The position numbers and the translations under genes are program-made. From contig JAZDCZ010000324.1 in the NCBI GenBank assembly GCA_036679605.1, forward strand, positions 64,001 to 128,000: a stretch of 64,000 nucleotides of DNA, written 5' to 3'. Source of the DNA: Gemmatimonadota bacterium. Lineage in GTDB: Bacteria; Gemmatimonadota; Gemmatimonadetes; Gemmatimonadales; GWC2-71-9. The notes beneath the pieces were generated by a model that saw only the letters and a program-made list of their open reading frames with translations, searched no databases and had not been told where the DNA came from. Shown in pieces: positions 8,396-18,859 of the stretch (position 1 is the stretch's first letter; each line of letters opens with the position of its first letter).

Positions 8396-9019
8396 CTATT
8401 CCCCATCGGCCTCGGGCGACTGTACGTAGGCGCGCTCGATTATCACAGGCTTCGCGGGCACATCCGCCATGCGCTCACGTCGGGTAGTCTGTACCTTGCT
8501 GATTGCGTCAACGACGTCCATTCCCTCGACCACCATGCCGAATACCGCGTAGCCAAGGGACGTATCGGTCGGATCCAGGTTTGGGTTGTCGACTACGTTG
8601 ATATAGAACTCGTCGAGCGCGCTCTGCGGGTCATTCGTTCGAGCCATTGCAACTGCGCCGCGCCGGTTGAGCAATCCGTTGTAGCTCTCGTTCTGGATCG
8701 GTGTTCCCCGAGTGGATCGCGACGCAAAGCTCGGACTGTAACGGCCTGCCTGTATCATGAAATCGGCTATCACTCGATGAAATACCAAGTTGTCGTAGAA
8801 TCCAGACTTGACGTGAGAAACAAAGTTGGAGACGCTGTGCGGCGCTTTGTCTCGGTCTAGCTTCATTACGAATCGACCCATACTGGTCTCGAAGACTACA
8901 GTAATAGCCCCGTCACCTGCGGCTGGCTTGGCCTCGTCGTTTTCGCCTTTTTCTCCAACGCACGATACTGAGAGCGTCAGCAGTGCTACAGTAGATAGAA
9001 CCCGCTGCAGTGATCTCAT
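8396..9019 (-). CDS. Cyclophilin-type peptidyl-prolyl isomerase, exported
   Basis: 'FYDNLVFHRVIADFMIQAG', 'AMART', 'YAVFG'; N-terminal signal. Confidence 0.92.
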   Translation of the reverse strand: MRSLQRVLSTVALLTLSVSCVGEKGENDEAKPAAGDGAITVVFETSMGRFVMKLDRDKAPHSVSNFVSHVKSGFYDNLVFHRVIADFMIQAGRYSPSFASRSTRGTPIQNESYNGLLNRRGAVAMARTNDPQSALDEFYINVVDNPNLDPTDTSLGYAVFGMVVEGMDVVDAISKVQTTRRERMADVPAKPVIIERAYVQSPEADGE

Positions 9020-9111
9020 TCCGTCTCCTTGCCCATCGTATGTGGCGCCCCGGCCGCGGAGCGATGCAGGACGCTGAGCGCACTCCTGCGTAAGAGCATC
9101 GGCTAATCTTG

Positions 9112-9723
9112 CTACATGTAGACCGGTCGGAAATCCTTGGTGAGTTCGTACACCAGGTGTTCAATCAGGTGGCCGTAGGCATCATCAGGATCGTCGGCCG
9201 TTAGTCGAATGTTGCCGTCGATGACGTCGAACTCTCCTACCACCTCGGTCGCCGTCGCCGAGTTGCGCCAGATGGTGCGACCAGTTTCTGTCGACACCAG
9301 GCTGACCGTTAGACGTATGCTGAGCATGTCACCCGTGTACAATGCGTCGGACAACGCGGACCGCGGGTCCACTACGGAGACCTCGATCTGGCCGACAAAA
9401 ATGGCCGGTACATCATGCTCCTTCCCTAGCGCTCGAGCTGCGCGTCCATCGAACCGATCCCGGCCAAGGCCTTCCAGTACATCGGTCAGGGGACCGAGAT
9501 CGAGTATCTCGGCTTCGGGCAATGCGGTCAGCACCTCGTCCCCAAAATATTCGGTGACGAGGTCGGGAAGATCACCTGCGGGATGTCCTGAGGTGAACAC
9601 GATAAGGCCGAGGCGGTGCATATCGAACAGGTCTACTTTGGGCGGCAGCAGCATCTTGGCCCCGCAGCCGTTGGACAATGCCGCCGCTAGGACCAGGGTG
9701 ACAAAAGGGCGAAAACCAGTCAT
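9112..9723 (-). CDS. Hypothetical lipoprotein
   Basis: Hydrophobic signal ending in GC; overlaps the upstream stop codon; CsgG/LpoB-like alpha/beta pattern (weak). Confidence 0.6.
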   Translation of the reverse strand: MTGFRPFVTLVLAAALSNGCGAKMLLPPKVDLFDMHRLGLIVFTSGHPAGDLPDLVTEYFGDEVLTALPEAEILDLGPLTDVLEGLGRDRFDGRAARALGKEHDVPAIFVGQIEVSVVDPRSALSDALYTGDMLSIRLTVSLVSTETGRTIWRNSATATEVVGEFDVIDGNIRLTADDPDDAYGHLIEHLVYELTKDFRPVYM

Positions 9724-10166
9724 GTGAGATTCTTGTCTTCGATCCTGTGCAGCGCAACCCGCAGTTGTGCTACCCGCTCGATCACCGCTAGCAAGTCTGA
9801 GTCGAGCTTCGCGGATAGGCGGGCGTTAACCGCACCGTAGCCCTGCATTTTGGTGCTCATGCAATCGTGTAGCTGAGTCCATGCTGCTGACAGCAGGGCT
9901 GTCACCTTGTGGCGACGCGAAACGATTTTTTCTGACAAATGAAAGCGGTGGGCCAGGTCGGTGAGCTGTTGGGAGATACCGGCTATCTCGCTTCGGAGCA
10001 GAGTCTCCTCTTCGGTTGAGAAGTCGTTCTCGACGCGGGTAAACACACCCGTTGGCACCGATGTATTCGAGCCAGCGAGAGCGTCAGCCAGTTCATCGGC
10101 CACCAGTGCAAGGCTGACACTCAAGTGTCGATGCTGGGCCTCGGTCAGAAGGGTTCGGTCGGGCAT
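9720..10166 (-). CDS. Hypothetical helical protein
   Basis: AGGAG RBS before ATG 10166 (MPDRTLLTEAQ...); fills the gap in the operon. Confidence 0.65.
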   Translation of the reverse strand: MPDRTLLTEAQHRHLSVSLALVADELADALAGSNTSVPTGVFTRVENDFSTEEETLLRSEIAGISQQLTDLAHRFHLSEKIVSRRHKVTALLSAAWTQLHDCMSTKMQGYGAVNARLSAKLDSDLLAVIERVAQLRVALHRIEDKNLT

Positions 10167-10182
10167 TTGAACGTGACTCCTG

Positions 10183-11169
10183 TCAATCCAATTGCAACAC
10201 GGCTGCACCCTTGAGCCGGCCTTCACGTAATGCCGACAGTGCCTCATTGGCAGCTGTGAGGGGATATGGTTGTACATGGGTCCGGATCGGTATTTGCGGG
10301 GCTAGGGCCATGAACTCGATGCCGTCTCGTCGCGTGAGATTTGCGACTGACCGCACACTTCGCTCGCCCCACAGTATGCTGTACGGGAACGCTGGGATAT
10401 CGCTCATGTGAATGCCGGCGCATACCACGGTGCCACCCCGCACTACAGACCGTAGGGCCGTGGGAATGAGCGCGCCAACCGGAGCGAAGATGATTGCAGC
10501 ATCGAGTTCCTCGGGCGGAGCCTCGGATGACGAGCCGGCCCACCGTGCTCCCAGCTCCCTGGCGAATTCCTGGCCTTCCGAGTCGCCACTACGAGTGAAT
10601 GCGAAAACTTCCCGTTCCTGATAGTGCGCGACCTGCAGCACGATGTGCGCCGCGGCACCAAAGCCATATATGCCGAGCCGAACGGCGTTACCTGTAGCCA
10701 GCAGGGATCGGTAGCCGATGAGTCCGGCACAGAGCAAGGGCGCCGCCTGGAGATCGGTGTAGTCATCTGGAATCGGAAATGCAAAGCGCTCGTCGGCTAC
10801 AACATACTCGGCGTATCCTCCGTCCACATGATATCCGGTGAACTCAGCCTGGGCGCACAGATTTTCGCGTCCCGACGTGCAGTAACTGCACGTGCCGCAC
10901 GTTTTCCCCAGCCAGGGGACACCGACTCGGTCACCCGGAGTGTATCGCTCGACATCACTGCCTGTCTGCACAACGGTGCCGACGATCTCGTGCCCAGGCA
11001 CGAGAGGCAACTTGGGGTCCGGCAGATCGCCATCCACGATGTGCAGGTCTGTGCGACAGACGGCGCAGGTCCGGACCCGTATTAGGAGTTCCGAAGATCC
11101 GGGTTCGGGATCAGCGAGTTCGAGCGGTTCCAGCTCTTGGCGCGGACGTTGGAGAACCATTGCCTGCAT
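10183..11169 (-). CDS. Zinc-dependent alcohol dehydrogenase
   Basis: 'CRTDLH', 'GHEIVG', structural Zn CGTCSYC...C, 'APLLCAG'. Confidence 0.93.
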   Translation of the reverse strand: MQAMVLQRPRQELEPLELADPEPGSSELLIRVRTCAVCRTDLHIVDGDLPDPKLPLVPGHEIVGTVVQTGSDVERYTPGDRVGVPWLGKTCGTCSYCTSGRENLCAQAEFTGYHVDGGYAEYVVADERFAFPIPDDYTDLQAAPLLCAGLIGYRSLLATGNAVRLGIYGFGAAAHIVLQVAHYQEREVFAFTRSGDSEGQEFARELGARWAGSSSEAPPEELDAAIIFAPVGALIPTALRSVVRGGTVVCAGIHMSDIPAFPYSILWGERSVRSVANLTRRDGIEFMALAPQIPIRTHVQPYPLTAANEALSALREGRLKGAAVLQLD

Positions 11170-11194
11170 TATTGTCGTCCGTGTCTACCGGAAT

Positions 11195-12202
11195 CTAGGC
11201 CGGCTGATCGCGCAGACCGCCGAGTTCGATCGATGTACCCATGCCGGATTCGAGGGCCATCTGATAGACGTGTCTGCCGGCGGCGACATCCTGCACGGCA
11301 ATGCCGAGTGACTTGAATAGGGTGATCTCGTTGTCGGACGTGCGCCCAGCAACGCGCTTGAGTAGAAGGTCTCCGATTTCACCCATGATGTGATCGTCCG
11401 TAATGGCACCTTCCTTCCTAGGTATCAAGAAGTCACCGGCCTCGTTTATTGCCGATTCGAAACTATCGACGAACAGGCGTGAGTTGACGACGGCGGCCGT
11501 GTCCAATTCACGCGTCCATGGTGTCGCTGAACCAACTGCGTTAACGTGCGCGCCCGCGGCAATCCACGGACCGCAAAGCACAGGCTCGCTTGCGCCCGTT
11601 GTAGTGCATATCAGATCTGCTTCGCTGACGGTGTCGGCAACCTCAGCAAAAACCTCGATCGTGATGTCGTGCCGTGCCGATTCACGTTTTGCAAAAGCGG
11701 TGGCTCGTTCCGCGCGTCTACTCCATACACGAACCCGCGAAATCCGGCGCACGGCTATCATGGCCTCGAGGTGTGTGCGAGCCTCCACACCAGATCCTAG
11801 AATGGCTAGATCGTGAGCATCAGTGCGTGCAAGTAGGTCGGTCGCCACACCGGATGCCGCAGCTGTGCGGATCGACGTTATCTCACTCGCGTCCATCAAA
11901 GCGATCATCCTGCCGTCCTTCTCGTCAAACAATAGCACGGCTCCCTGATGTGAATCGAACGGTGTATCGAGGTTCTTGGGGAAGACCGTTATCACCTTGA
12001 TTGCAAGAGTTTGGTTTGAGGCCAGGTAGGCCGGCATCATGGCCAACACGCCACGCTCATCCGGCAGTTTCAGGACGGGCCTCAACGGTAGGACAGCCTC
12101 TCCTCGTGTAAATGAAGTGAACGCGTCGCGCATCAGGCCGATGCACCTATCCATCGGGAGCAACTGTGCCACCTCGGCTTGACTGATGATGAGCAGCGAC
12201 AT
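11195..12202 (-). CDS. Ornithine cyclodeaminase/mu-crystallin family protein
   Basis: 'ITSIRTAAAS', 'GSGVEA', 'HVNAVG', 'FKSLGIAVQD'. Confidence 0.92.
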   Translation of the reverse strand: MSLLIISQAEVAQLLPMDRCIGLMRDAFTSFTRGEAVLPLRPVLKLPDERGVLAMMPAYLASNQTLAIKVITVFPKNLDTPFDSHQGAVLLFDEKDGRMIALMDASEITSIRTAAASGVATDLLARTDAHDLAILGSGVEARTHLEAMIAVRRISRVRVWSRRAERATAFAKRESARHDITIEVFAEVADTVSEADLICTTTGASEPVLCGPWIAAGAHVNAVGSATPWTRELDTAAVVNSRLFVDSFESAINEAGDFLIPRKEGAITDDHIMGEIGDLLLKRVAGRTSDNEITLFKSLGIAVQDVAAGRHVYQMALESGMGTSIELGGLRDQPA

Positions 12203-12208
12203 GCTTAT

Positions 12209-12589
12209 CTATGGCCCTTTGAACCTCTCGATATCCCTGCGTTCCTTCTTCGTAGGGCGTCCCTTGGTACCTAAAGTCGTCTCCGAAATAGATCGTAACT
12301 GGATTGCCGCACTCTCGCGGCGATGCCTCGACTCTTCGGTTTCTTCGTAGAGAGCCTGCGCGTCAGTTGCGGGCCCGCGGCGTTCGGAGAGGGTCTTTAC
12401 TACAATTACGTACTCATAAACGCCCTTCCGAATTCGCAATTCATCTCCTGGGCGTACGGATTTGGCTCGCTTGGCGCGTTGGCTGTTTAGCTGCACCTTG
12501 CCGCCGTCTATGGCCGTTCCCGCCAAGGATCTGGTCTTGTAGAATCTGGCGGCCCAAAGCCATTTGTCGAGCCGGGTACCCTCGCTCAC
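12209..12589 (-). CDS. hslR: Ribosome-associated heat shock protein Hsp15 (S4 domain)
   Basis: 'RLDKWLWAARFYKTRSLA', 'GRPTKKERR'. Confidence 0.93.
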   Translation of the reverse strand: MSEGTRLDKWLWAARFYKTRSLAGTAIDGGKVQLNSQRAKRAKSVRPGDELRIRKGVYEYVIVVKTLSERRGPATDAQALYEETEESRHRRESAAIQLRSISETTLGTKGRPTKKERRDIERFKGP

Positions 12590-13329
12590 GGCTTGAGTCT
12601 TACAGCTCCAGCCAGTGTGTCATTGTGTCTGAGGATGAGGGTGCGAAGGTAGGTCCCGATACGATCGCTTCCCTCGAAGCCAGCTGCTAGTGCTGCCGCC
12701 TGCTGTTCTTCGGGAGGATTGTCCCCACTGGCCGCGAAGTGTTTGAGGTCCTTGTACACTCCAATGGTGAAGGAGTCCCAGGCCGCGCCTCCAGTGCGAG
12801 TAAAGAGCAAGTTCTGGGGTCGGTCGAGACTAGCCAGGTACTGGTTTTCCATCTCCCGCTCGTGGAACAGTGCACCGCGCTTTCCGGCCAGTGCCACGAA
12901 CATCTCTACGTGGTAGAACGATCCCCTGCTCATGACGGCATTCAGCTCGTCGAGCGGGGGACCCTTGGCAAATACTTCCTCGCGCCAAGAAACATGTTGG
13001 CCGAGTGCGTGTTGAAAGTCCGCGTCAGTCACACCGGCGTCAGCCGCGGCTCGCCCCCTCCGTGCGGCTCTCTGGGCGGAGTGGAATTCGGTCAGGTTGC
13101 CGACTGGAAAAATGAGCATGAGATCCCAGTGGTCACCCTGGCTGTGTCGCAACATGAACGGCACTCCGTCACCCGAAGCCTCGTAGACAGGAACGCGATC
13201 CCTGTACATTTTGATCACGTCGAGTAAACTGCCTGGCGCGGCTTGAAGCAGAAGTGTGCGGTAGAGGTAAGTGGTGTCGGCCTGTATCGGTGCCGCAACC
13301 ATCGCTGCGGCCAGCAGCACGATGCTCAT
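12586..13329 (-). CDS. Exported hypothetical protein with two similar ferredoxin-like/NIPSNAP-like halves
   Basis: Signal peptide; overlaps the hslR start; internal similarity between halves. Confidence 0.6.
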   Translation of the reverse strand: MSIVLLAAAMVAAPIQADTTYLYRTLLLQAAPGSLLDVIKMYRDRVPVYEASGDGVPFMLRHSQGDHWDLMLIFPVGNLTEFHSAQRAARRGRAAADAGVTDADFQHALGQHVSWREEVFAKGPPLDELNAVMSRGSFYHVEMFVALAGKRGALFHEREMENQYLASLDRPQNLLFTRTGGAAWDSFTIGVYKDLKHFAASGDNPPEEQQAAALAAGFEGSDRIGTYLRTLILRHNDTLAGAVRLKP

Positions 13330-13476
13330 TTAAGGCCTCCCGCCCGATGCATAAGGGTTATGATGACTTTGGCAGAAGATCGCGCCACGGGCCAAACCTC
13401 GCAACCGGAGCAACTTGCAAGGTGGCACGTATGCGAAGTATCATCAGACGCTTTCGACACGCCAATCGGAGTTATG

Positions 13477-14157
13477 ATGCAAAGGGTTTTCAACCTATAT
13501 CGGTCGTCCGTCGGCAAGAAGGTGATGATGGCTGCTACGGGCGTCGTTTTCTTTCAATTCGTCATTCTACATATGCTCGGCAACCTGAAGGCGTTTCAGG
13601 GGGCGGAGAAGTTCGATCACTACGCGGAATTCCTGCGGGAAATGGGTGCACCGATCTTCGGGCGTGGGCAAGCTCTGTGGATCTTTCGCATCGGATTGCT
13701 GCTGGCCGTCACGGTCCACATAGTTGCTGCCACTCAGCTGTGGCGTATGAGCAAGAGCGCACGCCCCGTCAAGTACAGTCATCGATTGGATGCTGGAGCG
13801 TCTACGTACGCTTCTCGCACAATGCGTTGGGGCGGGATCATCATTGCACTCTTTGTCGTTTATCATCTCCTGCATTTTACCGTGGGCACAGTACATCCCG
13901 ATTTCGTGCCCGGTTCACCCTATCACAATCTTGTGACCGGATTCCAATGGTGGCCGGTGCCGATAGCGTACATAGTTGCCATGTGTGCTCTGGCCATGCA
14001 CATCTATCACGGAGTGTGGAGCAGTTTCCAGACTGTCGGGGCTAACCACCCACGATACAATCGCCTCAGGAGACCGTTTGCAGCACTGATAGCAATAATG
14101 ACCTTCCTTGGATTCGTGTCGATACCGGTGTCGGTTCTAGCCGGTATCCTGAAATAA
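13477..14157 (+). CDS. sdhC: Succinate dehydrogenase cytochrome b558 subunit
   Basis: 'SSVGKK.MMA.TG', 'HMLGNL', 'ASRTMRWGG', 'HIYHG'; GGAG RBS before ATG 13477. Confidence 0.9.
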   Translation: MQRVFNLYRSSVGKKVMMAATGVVFFQFVILHMLGNLKAFQGAEKFDHYAEFLREMGAPIFGRGQALWIFRIGLLLAVTVHIVAATQLWRMSKSARPVKYSHRLDAGASTYASRTMRWGGIIIALFVVYHLLHFTVGTVHPDFVPGSPYHNLVTGFQWWPVPIAYIVAMCALAMHIYHGVWSSFQTVGANHPRYNRLRRPFAALIAIMTFLGFVSIPVSVLAGILK

Positions 14158-14174
14158 GTGTTGGAGGCGAGATA

Positions 14175-16088
14175 GTGGAGCTCGATTCGAAGGTTCCATC
14201 CGGTGCCATGCAGGAAAAGTGGGACAGGCATCGCTTTGAGATGAAGTTGGTGAATCCGGCGAATAAACGGAAATACGAAGTTGTCGTAGTGGGTTCGGGA
14301 CTGGCCGGTGCGTCGGTGGCGGCTTCGCTGGCTGAGCTGGGATATCGGGTAAAGTGTTTCTGCTTCCAAGATAGCCCAAGGCGCGCCCACAGCATTGCGG
14401 CGCAGGGAGGAATAAACGCGTCCAAGAATTATCAGAACGATGGAGACAGTATCTGGCGGTTGTTCTACGACACTGTAAAGGGCGGAGATTTCCGGTCGCG
14501 CGAAGCGAATGTCTACCGTTTGGCGCAGGTAAGCGCCAATATAATTGATCAGTGCACAGCACAGGGTGTGCCGTTCGCTCGTGAATATGGCGGGCTTTTG
14601 GCTAACCGGTCTTTCGGTGGAGCCCAAGTATCACGCACGTTCTACGCGCGTGGTCAAACCGGCCAGCAACTCTTGCTTGGTGCCTACCAGGCATTGGCTC
14701 GGCAAATCGGCGCAGGTGCCGTGCAGATGTATCCGCGAACCGAGATGCTGGATCTCGTCACAGTGGATGGCCACGCACGCGGGATCGTTACGCGCGACCT
14801 CGTTACCGGGCAGATCGAGGTGCACGGTGCGCATGCGGTTGTCTTGGCCACTGGTGGGTATGCCAACATCTTCTATCTATCGACTAACGCAAAAGGGTGC
14901 AACGTCACAGCGACCTGGCGTGCGCACAAGCGTGGTGCGGCGTTTGCGAATCCCTGCTATACGCAGATTCATCCTACGTGTATCCCGCCTGGTGGGGACT
15001 TTCAGTCGAAACTCACTCTGATGAGCGAATCTCTTCGCAACGATGGACGTATCTGGGTGCCCGAGAGAAAAGGTGACAATAGGCCGGCGGCGGAAATCGG
15101 AGAAACAGACCGCGACTACTACCTGGAGCGAATCTATCCGAGTTTTGGGAATCTTGTACCTCGCGACATCGCATCCCGCCGCGCGAAGGAGATGTGTGAC
15201 GATGGGCATGGAGTAGGGGAACTCCAAAACGGAGTGTTCCTCGACTTCCGTGACGCCATTCAGCGCCTGGGACAGGAGGTGATTGCGGACAGATACGGAA
15301 ACTTGTTCGAAATGTACGAGCGCATCACGGGTGACGATCCGTACAAGGTGCCGATGCGGATCTATCCGGCTCCCCACTACACGATGGGCGGGCTTTGGGT
15401 CGACTACAATCTGATGGGAACAATCCCCGGCCTCTTCGTTATCGGCGAGGCCAACTTCTCCGATCATGGTGCCAACCGCTTGGGCGCGAGTGCACTCATG
15501 CAGGGGCTGGGAGATGGATACTTCATCCTTCCCGCAACTATCGGCGACTATCTCGCTCGTGCGGGGAGCGACACGGTCAATGTAGACGGCGCCGCGTTCC
15601 GGGAATCAAAGCAACAGGCGGAGGAGCGTGCCAAGAGGCTGCTTGCCATGAATGGTAAGCGGACGGTTGATTCCTTTCACAGAGAGCTTGGTAACCTGAT
15701 GTGGGCTCACTGCGGCATGTCTCGGAGTCGGCTCAGCCTGGAAAAGGCAATCTCCGAGATACCTGCGCTACGTGACGAATTTTGGAGCAACGTGAGAGTG
15801 ACGGGTGATGGAGACGATCTCAACCAGTCACTTGAGAAGGCCGGACGAGTCGCCGATTTCCTGGAGTTTGCCGAACTGCTCTGCCATGACGCATTGCACA
15901 GAGAAGAATCGTGCGGAGCGCATTTTAGAGAAGAATATCAGACGGCGGAAGGTGAAGCGAAACGCGACGATGAGAAATTTTCCTACGTGGCTGCGTGGGA
16001 GTTCGCCGGCGTCGGCTCAGAGCCGAAGCTCCATAAGGAGGAGCTAGAGTTCGAGCACGTGCATTTGTCACAGCGGAGTTACAAGTAA
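14175..16088 (+). CDS. sdhA: Succinate dehydrogenase/fumarate reductase flavoprotein subunit
   Basis: GSGLAG, '[10 protein letters not shown]' FAD-binding His, 'QIHPT', 'HGANRLG', '[10 protein letters not shown]'. Confidence 0.96.
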   Translation: MELDSKVPSGAMQEKWDRHRFEMKLVNPANKRKYEVVVVGSGLAGASVAASLAELGYRVKCFCFQDSPRRAHSIAAQGGINASKNYQNDGDSIWRLFYDTVKGGDFRSREANVYRLAQVSANIIDQCTAQGVPFAREYGGLLANRSFGGAQVSRTFYARGQTGQQLLLGAYQALARQIGAGAVQMYPRTEMLDLVTVDGHARGIVTRDLVTGQIEVHGAHAVVLATGGYANIFYLSTNAKGCNVTATWRAHKRGAAFANPCYTQIHPTCIPPGGDFQSKLTLMSESLRNDGRIWVPERKGDNRPAAEIGETDRDYYLERIYPSFGNLVPRDIASRRAKEMCDDGHGVGELQNGVFLDFRDAIQRLGQEVIADRYGNLFEMYERITGDDPYKVPMRIYPAPHYTMGGLWVDYNLMGTIPGLFVIGEANFSDHGANRLGASALMQGLGDGYFILPATIGDYLARAGSDTVNVDGAAFRESKQQAEERAKRLLAMNGKRTVDSFHRELGNLMWAHCGMSRSRLSLEKAISEIPALRDEFWSNVRVTGDGDDLNQSLEKAGRVADFLEFAELLCHDALHREESCGAHFREEYQTAEGEAKRDDEKFSYVAAWEFAGVGSEPKLHKEELEFEHVHLSQRSYK

Positions 16089-16828
16089 TGAACATAGTCC
16101 TCCGCGCTTGGCGCCAAGCAGGTCCACAAGCGAAAGGCGGCTTTGTTCGCTATGAAACCGATATCAGCCCGCATGCTTCTTTCCTAGAGCTTCTCGATGT
16201 CATGAACGAAGAACTAATCGAGAAGGGTGATCTGCCAATCGCGTTCGAGCATGATTGTCGAGAGGGTATCTGTGGATCGTGCGGTGTCGTAATAAACGGG
16301 ACGCCGCACGGTCCCAGCCGGGGGACGGCCACCTGCCAGCTGCACATGAGGAGTTTCGCTGATGGGGATGAGATCTGGGTAGAGCCGTGGCGCGCCGGAG
16401 CCTTTCCCGTCATCAAGGACCTCATCGTCGATCGTAGCGCCTTGGACCAAATCATTCAGGCGGGCGGATTTATTTCTGCCCGCACAGGTAGCGCACCGGA
16501 TGCCAACTCAATTCCGATAGCCAAGGAGCATGCGGACCTAGCGATGGACGCGGCATCTTGCATAGGGTGCGGTGCCTGCGTTGCAGCCTGTCCCAATGCT
16601 TCGGCCATGCTCTTTACCGCTGCCAAGGTATCTCACTTGGGACTCGTGCCCCAGGGCCAGCCCGAACGGCTGAATCGCGCTCTTTCTATGGTCTCAGCGA
16701 TGGACGGACTGGGCTTCGGCAACTGCACCAACCACGGTGATTGTGAGATAGCGTGTCCCAAGGAAATAAGCGTCGACTTTATCGCAAGACTCAATCGCGA
16801 CCTAATCAAAGCGGCGGTGGTTTCGTAG
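16088..16828 (+). CDS. sdhB: Succinate dehydrogenase iron-sulfur subunit
   Basis: [33 protein letters not shown]. Confidence 0.96.
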   Translation: MNIVLRAWRQAGPQAKGGFVRYETDISPHASFLELLDVMNEELIEKGDLPIAFEHDCREGICGSCGVVINGTPHGPSRGTATCQLHMRSFADGDEIWVEPWRAGAFPVIKDLIVDRSALDQIIQAGGFISARTGSAPDANSIPIAKEHADLAMDAASCIGCGACVAACPNASAMLFTAAKVSHLGLVPQGQPERLNRALSMVSAMDGLGFGNCTNHGDCEIACPKEISVDFIARLNRDLIKAAVVS

Positions 16829-16856
16829 GTATAGTCGGTGGTTTGAAGACTCACCG

Positions 16857-18131
16857 ATGAGTAAATCGGCAGGGCGGAACGGCTCCCGCTTCTGGGACAG
16901 TTTCGGTCCCGGGCTACTGTGGGCGGCCGCTGCCATCGGAGTCTCACATCTGGTGCAGTCGACCAGGGCAGGTGCAACTACCGGGTTCGCTCTGGCCGGG
17001 GTGATTTTTCTGGCACTGGTTCTCAAGTTTCCCTTCTTCGAGTTTGGACCCCGCTACGCCGCAGCCACTAGGCAGTCTCTCGTCGAAGGGTACGCTAGAA
17101 TCGGCGACTGGGCCTTGTGGTTGTACCTGCTGATCACACTTGCGACGGCGCTGATATCCGAGGCGGCGATCGTTCTTTTTACAGCATTCTTGCTGCGGTT
17201 CGCCTTCGGGTTGGAGTGGTCGCTCCCGTTGACTGGTGCTATCATCACCGCGGCCTGTGCGGCTCTACTATGGCTGGGCCGATTCAGGGCGCTCGAGGGA
17301 ACAGTGAAACTGATCCTGGTTGTGTTGGGGTTGTCCACGGTCGTGGCCGCCGTCGTCACGATCCCGCACGCTGATTTCTCGACGTTTGCCGCGTGGCCGG
17401 GATCGCTGATAGGATCGGTCGTGCCATTTGCGTTCTTGCTGGCCTTGGTTGGTTGGATGCCCTCTCCGATCGATACATCGATCTGGAGTTCGCTTTGGAC
17501 TCTTGCCAAGGACGAAACGGAGAAGAGAGAGTCGTCGGTTCAGGCGGCGAGAATGGATTTTCTCATCGGTTACGTGGGGACGGGAATGCTGGCCTTTGCA
17601 TTCGTGACTCTGGGTGCCGGAGTGATGTTCGGATCGGGGGAGACCCTCAGCTCACAAGGCCCGGTATTCGCCACCCAACTGGTCGACCTCTACAGCAGGA
17701 CGCTCGGCGAGTGGACCCGACCCATGGTTCTGGCAGCGGTCCTGACGACCATGGCTTCGACCGCGCTCACCGTGATTGATGGGTTCCCTCGTGCGATAGA
17801 GCGGACCATTCTGAACCTGCGATCGCGAAAGCCGATTCAGGGAACAGTGCCCAGTTGCGGCAACCTCTATTGGACTAGCCTAGCTGCGCTTGCAGTGCTG
17901 ACCGTAGTGATTCTGTTGCTGTTCATTGGAAACCTGACGAGCATGGTGGACTTCGCTACGATAGTGTCGTTTCTGACCGCGCCGGCACTGGGATATCTGA
18001 ATTTGCGGGCTGTGACGTCGGCTGACGTACCGCCGGAGCACAGACCCGGGCGAGCGATGTTGCTCTGGTCCTGGATCGGCTTGATACTTCTGGGAGGTAC
18101 AGGGGTGGTGTATCTGATATCTCTCGTCTAA
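16857..18131 (+). CDS. NRAMP/APC-like divalent metal cation transporter
   Basis: About 11 TM segments; 'GPGLLWAAAAIGVSHLVQSTRAGA', 'GWMP', 'DGFPR'. Confidence 0.75.
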   Translation: MSKSAGRNGSRFWDSFGPGLLWAAAAIGVSHLVQSTRAGATTGFALAGVIFLALVLKFPFFEFGPRYAAATRQSLVEGYARIGDWALWLYLLITLATALISEAAIVLFTAFLLRFAFGLEWSLPLTGAIITAACAALLWLGRFRALEGTVKLILVVLGLSTVVAAVVTIPHADFSTFAAWPGSLIGSVVPFAFLLALVGWMPSPIDTSIWSSLWTLAKDETEKRESSVQAARMDFLIGYVGTGMLAFAFVTLGAGVMFGSGETLSSQGPVFATQLVDLYSRTLGEWTRPMVLAAVLTTMASTALTVIDGFPRAIERTILNLRSRKPIQGTVPSCGNLYWTSLAALAVLTVVILLLFIGNLTSMVDFATIVSFLTAPALGYLNLRAVTSADVPPEHRPGRAMLLWSWIGLILLGGTGVVYLISLV

Positions 18132-18153
18132 ACGAGGTTGAATCGGGCGAATG

Positions 18154-18852
18154 CTAGTCTAGGGGCTCCGGGTCCCAGCGATACCCCACCTTTCTCACTG
18201 TCATGAGGTAGCGGGGTTGGGCCGCATTCTTCTCAAGCTTGCGACGGAGTTCGGCGACATGCGTGTCCACCGTTCGACTCAGAACCGAATCGTTGTACCC
18301 CCATACATCCGTCATCAACTCCAGACGCGACGCAACTGCTCCGCGGCGCCGAACAAGAGCGAGGAGAAGGTCGAATTCTTTGGGAGTAAGAGGTACGACC
18401 TCTCCGGCCCGAAGAACCCTGCGTGTCGGCGGATCAATGACTATGTCGCCGAATTGGTTTTGCGTTTCTCTTTCATCGGTGGACGGCCCCTGCGCCCTAC
18501 GCAACAAGGCTTCAATTCGGGCCAGCAGCTCAAGGACTCCAAACGGCTTGGTGACATAGTCATCTGCTCCCAAACGAAGACCACGCACCTTGTCGGTTTC
18601 GTCTCCACGCGCGGTGAGTATGAGTATGGGCATTTCATGTCCGGCACGCCGGATCTCTCGGAGGATTCGAAAGCCATCCATTCCGGGCAGCATTAGGTCA
18701 AGCACAATCAGATTTGGTTCCGACTCCAAGGCGAGCCGCAACCCCGATTCACCGTCCTCGGCAACCAGTACTTCGTAGCCCTCGATCTCCAAATTGTTGC
18801 GGAGTCCGAACGCCAAATCGCGGTTGTCTTCGACAAGTAGGATCTGTGTCAA
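18154..18852 (-). CDS. OmpR/PhoB-family response regulator
   Basis: 'ILLVED', 'LDLMLP', 'GADDYVTKPF', winged helix 'RTVDTHVAELRRKL'; start TTG 18852 or ATG 18873. Confidence 0.93.
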   Translation of the reverse strand: MTQILLVEDNRDLAFGLRNNLEIEGYEVLVAEDGESGLRLALESEPNLIVLDLMLPGMDGFRILREIRRAGHEMPILILTARGDETDKVRGLRLGADDYVTKPFGVLELLARIEALLRRAQGPSTDERETQNQFGDIVIDPPTRRVLRAGEVVPLTPKEFDLLLALVRRRGAVASRLELMTDVWGYNDSVLSRTVDTHVAELRRKLEKNAAQPRYLMTVRKVGYRWDPEPLD

Positions 18853-18859
18853 AACTAGG

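Noticed and set aside
13420..13440. TGGCAC strings (also near 55491) as sigma54 promoters
   Set aside because: The -12 TTGC element is missing at the required spacing.
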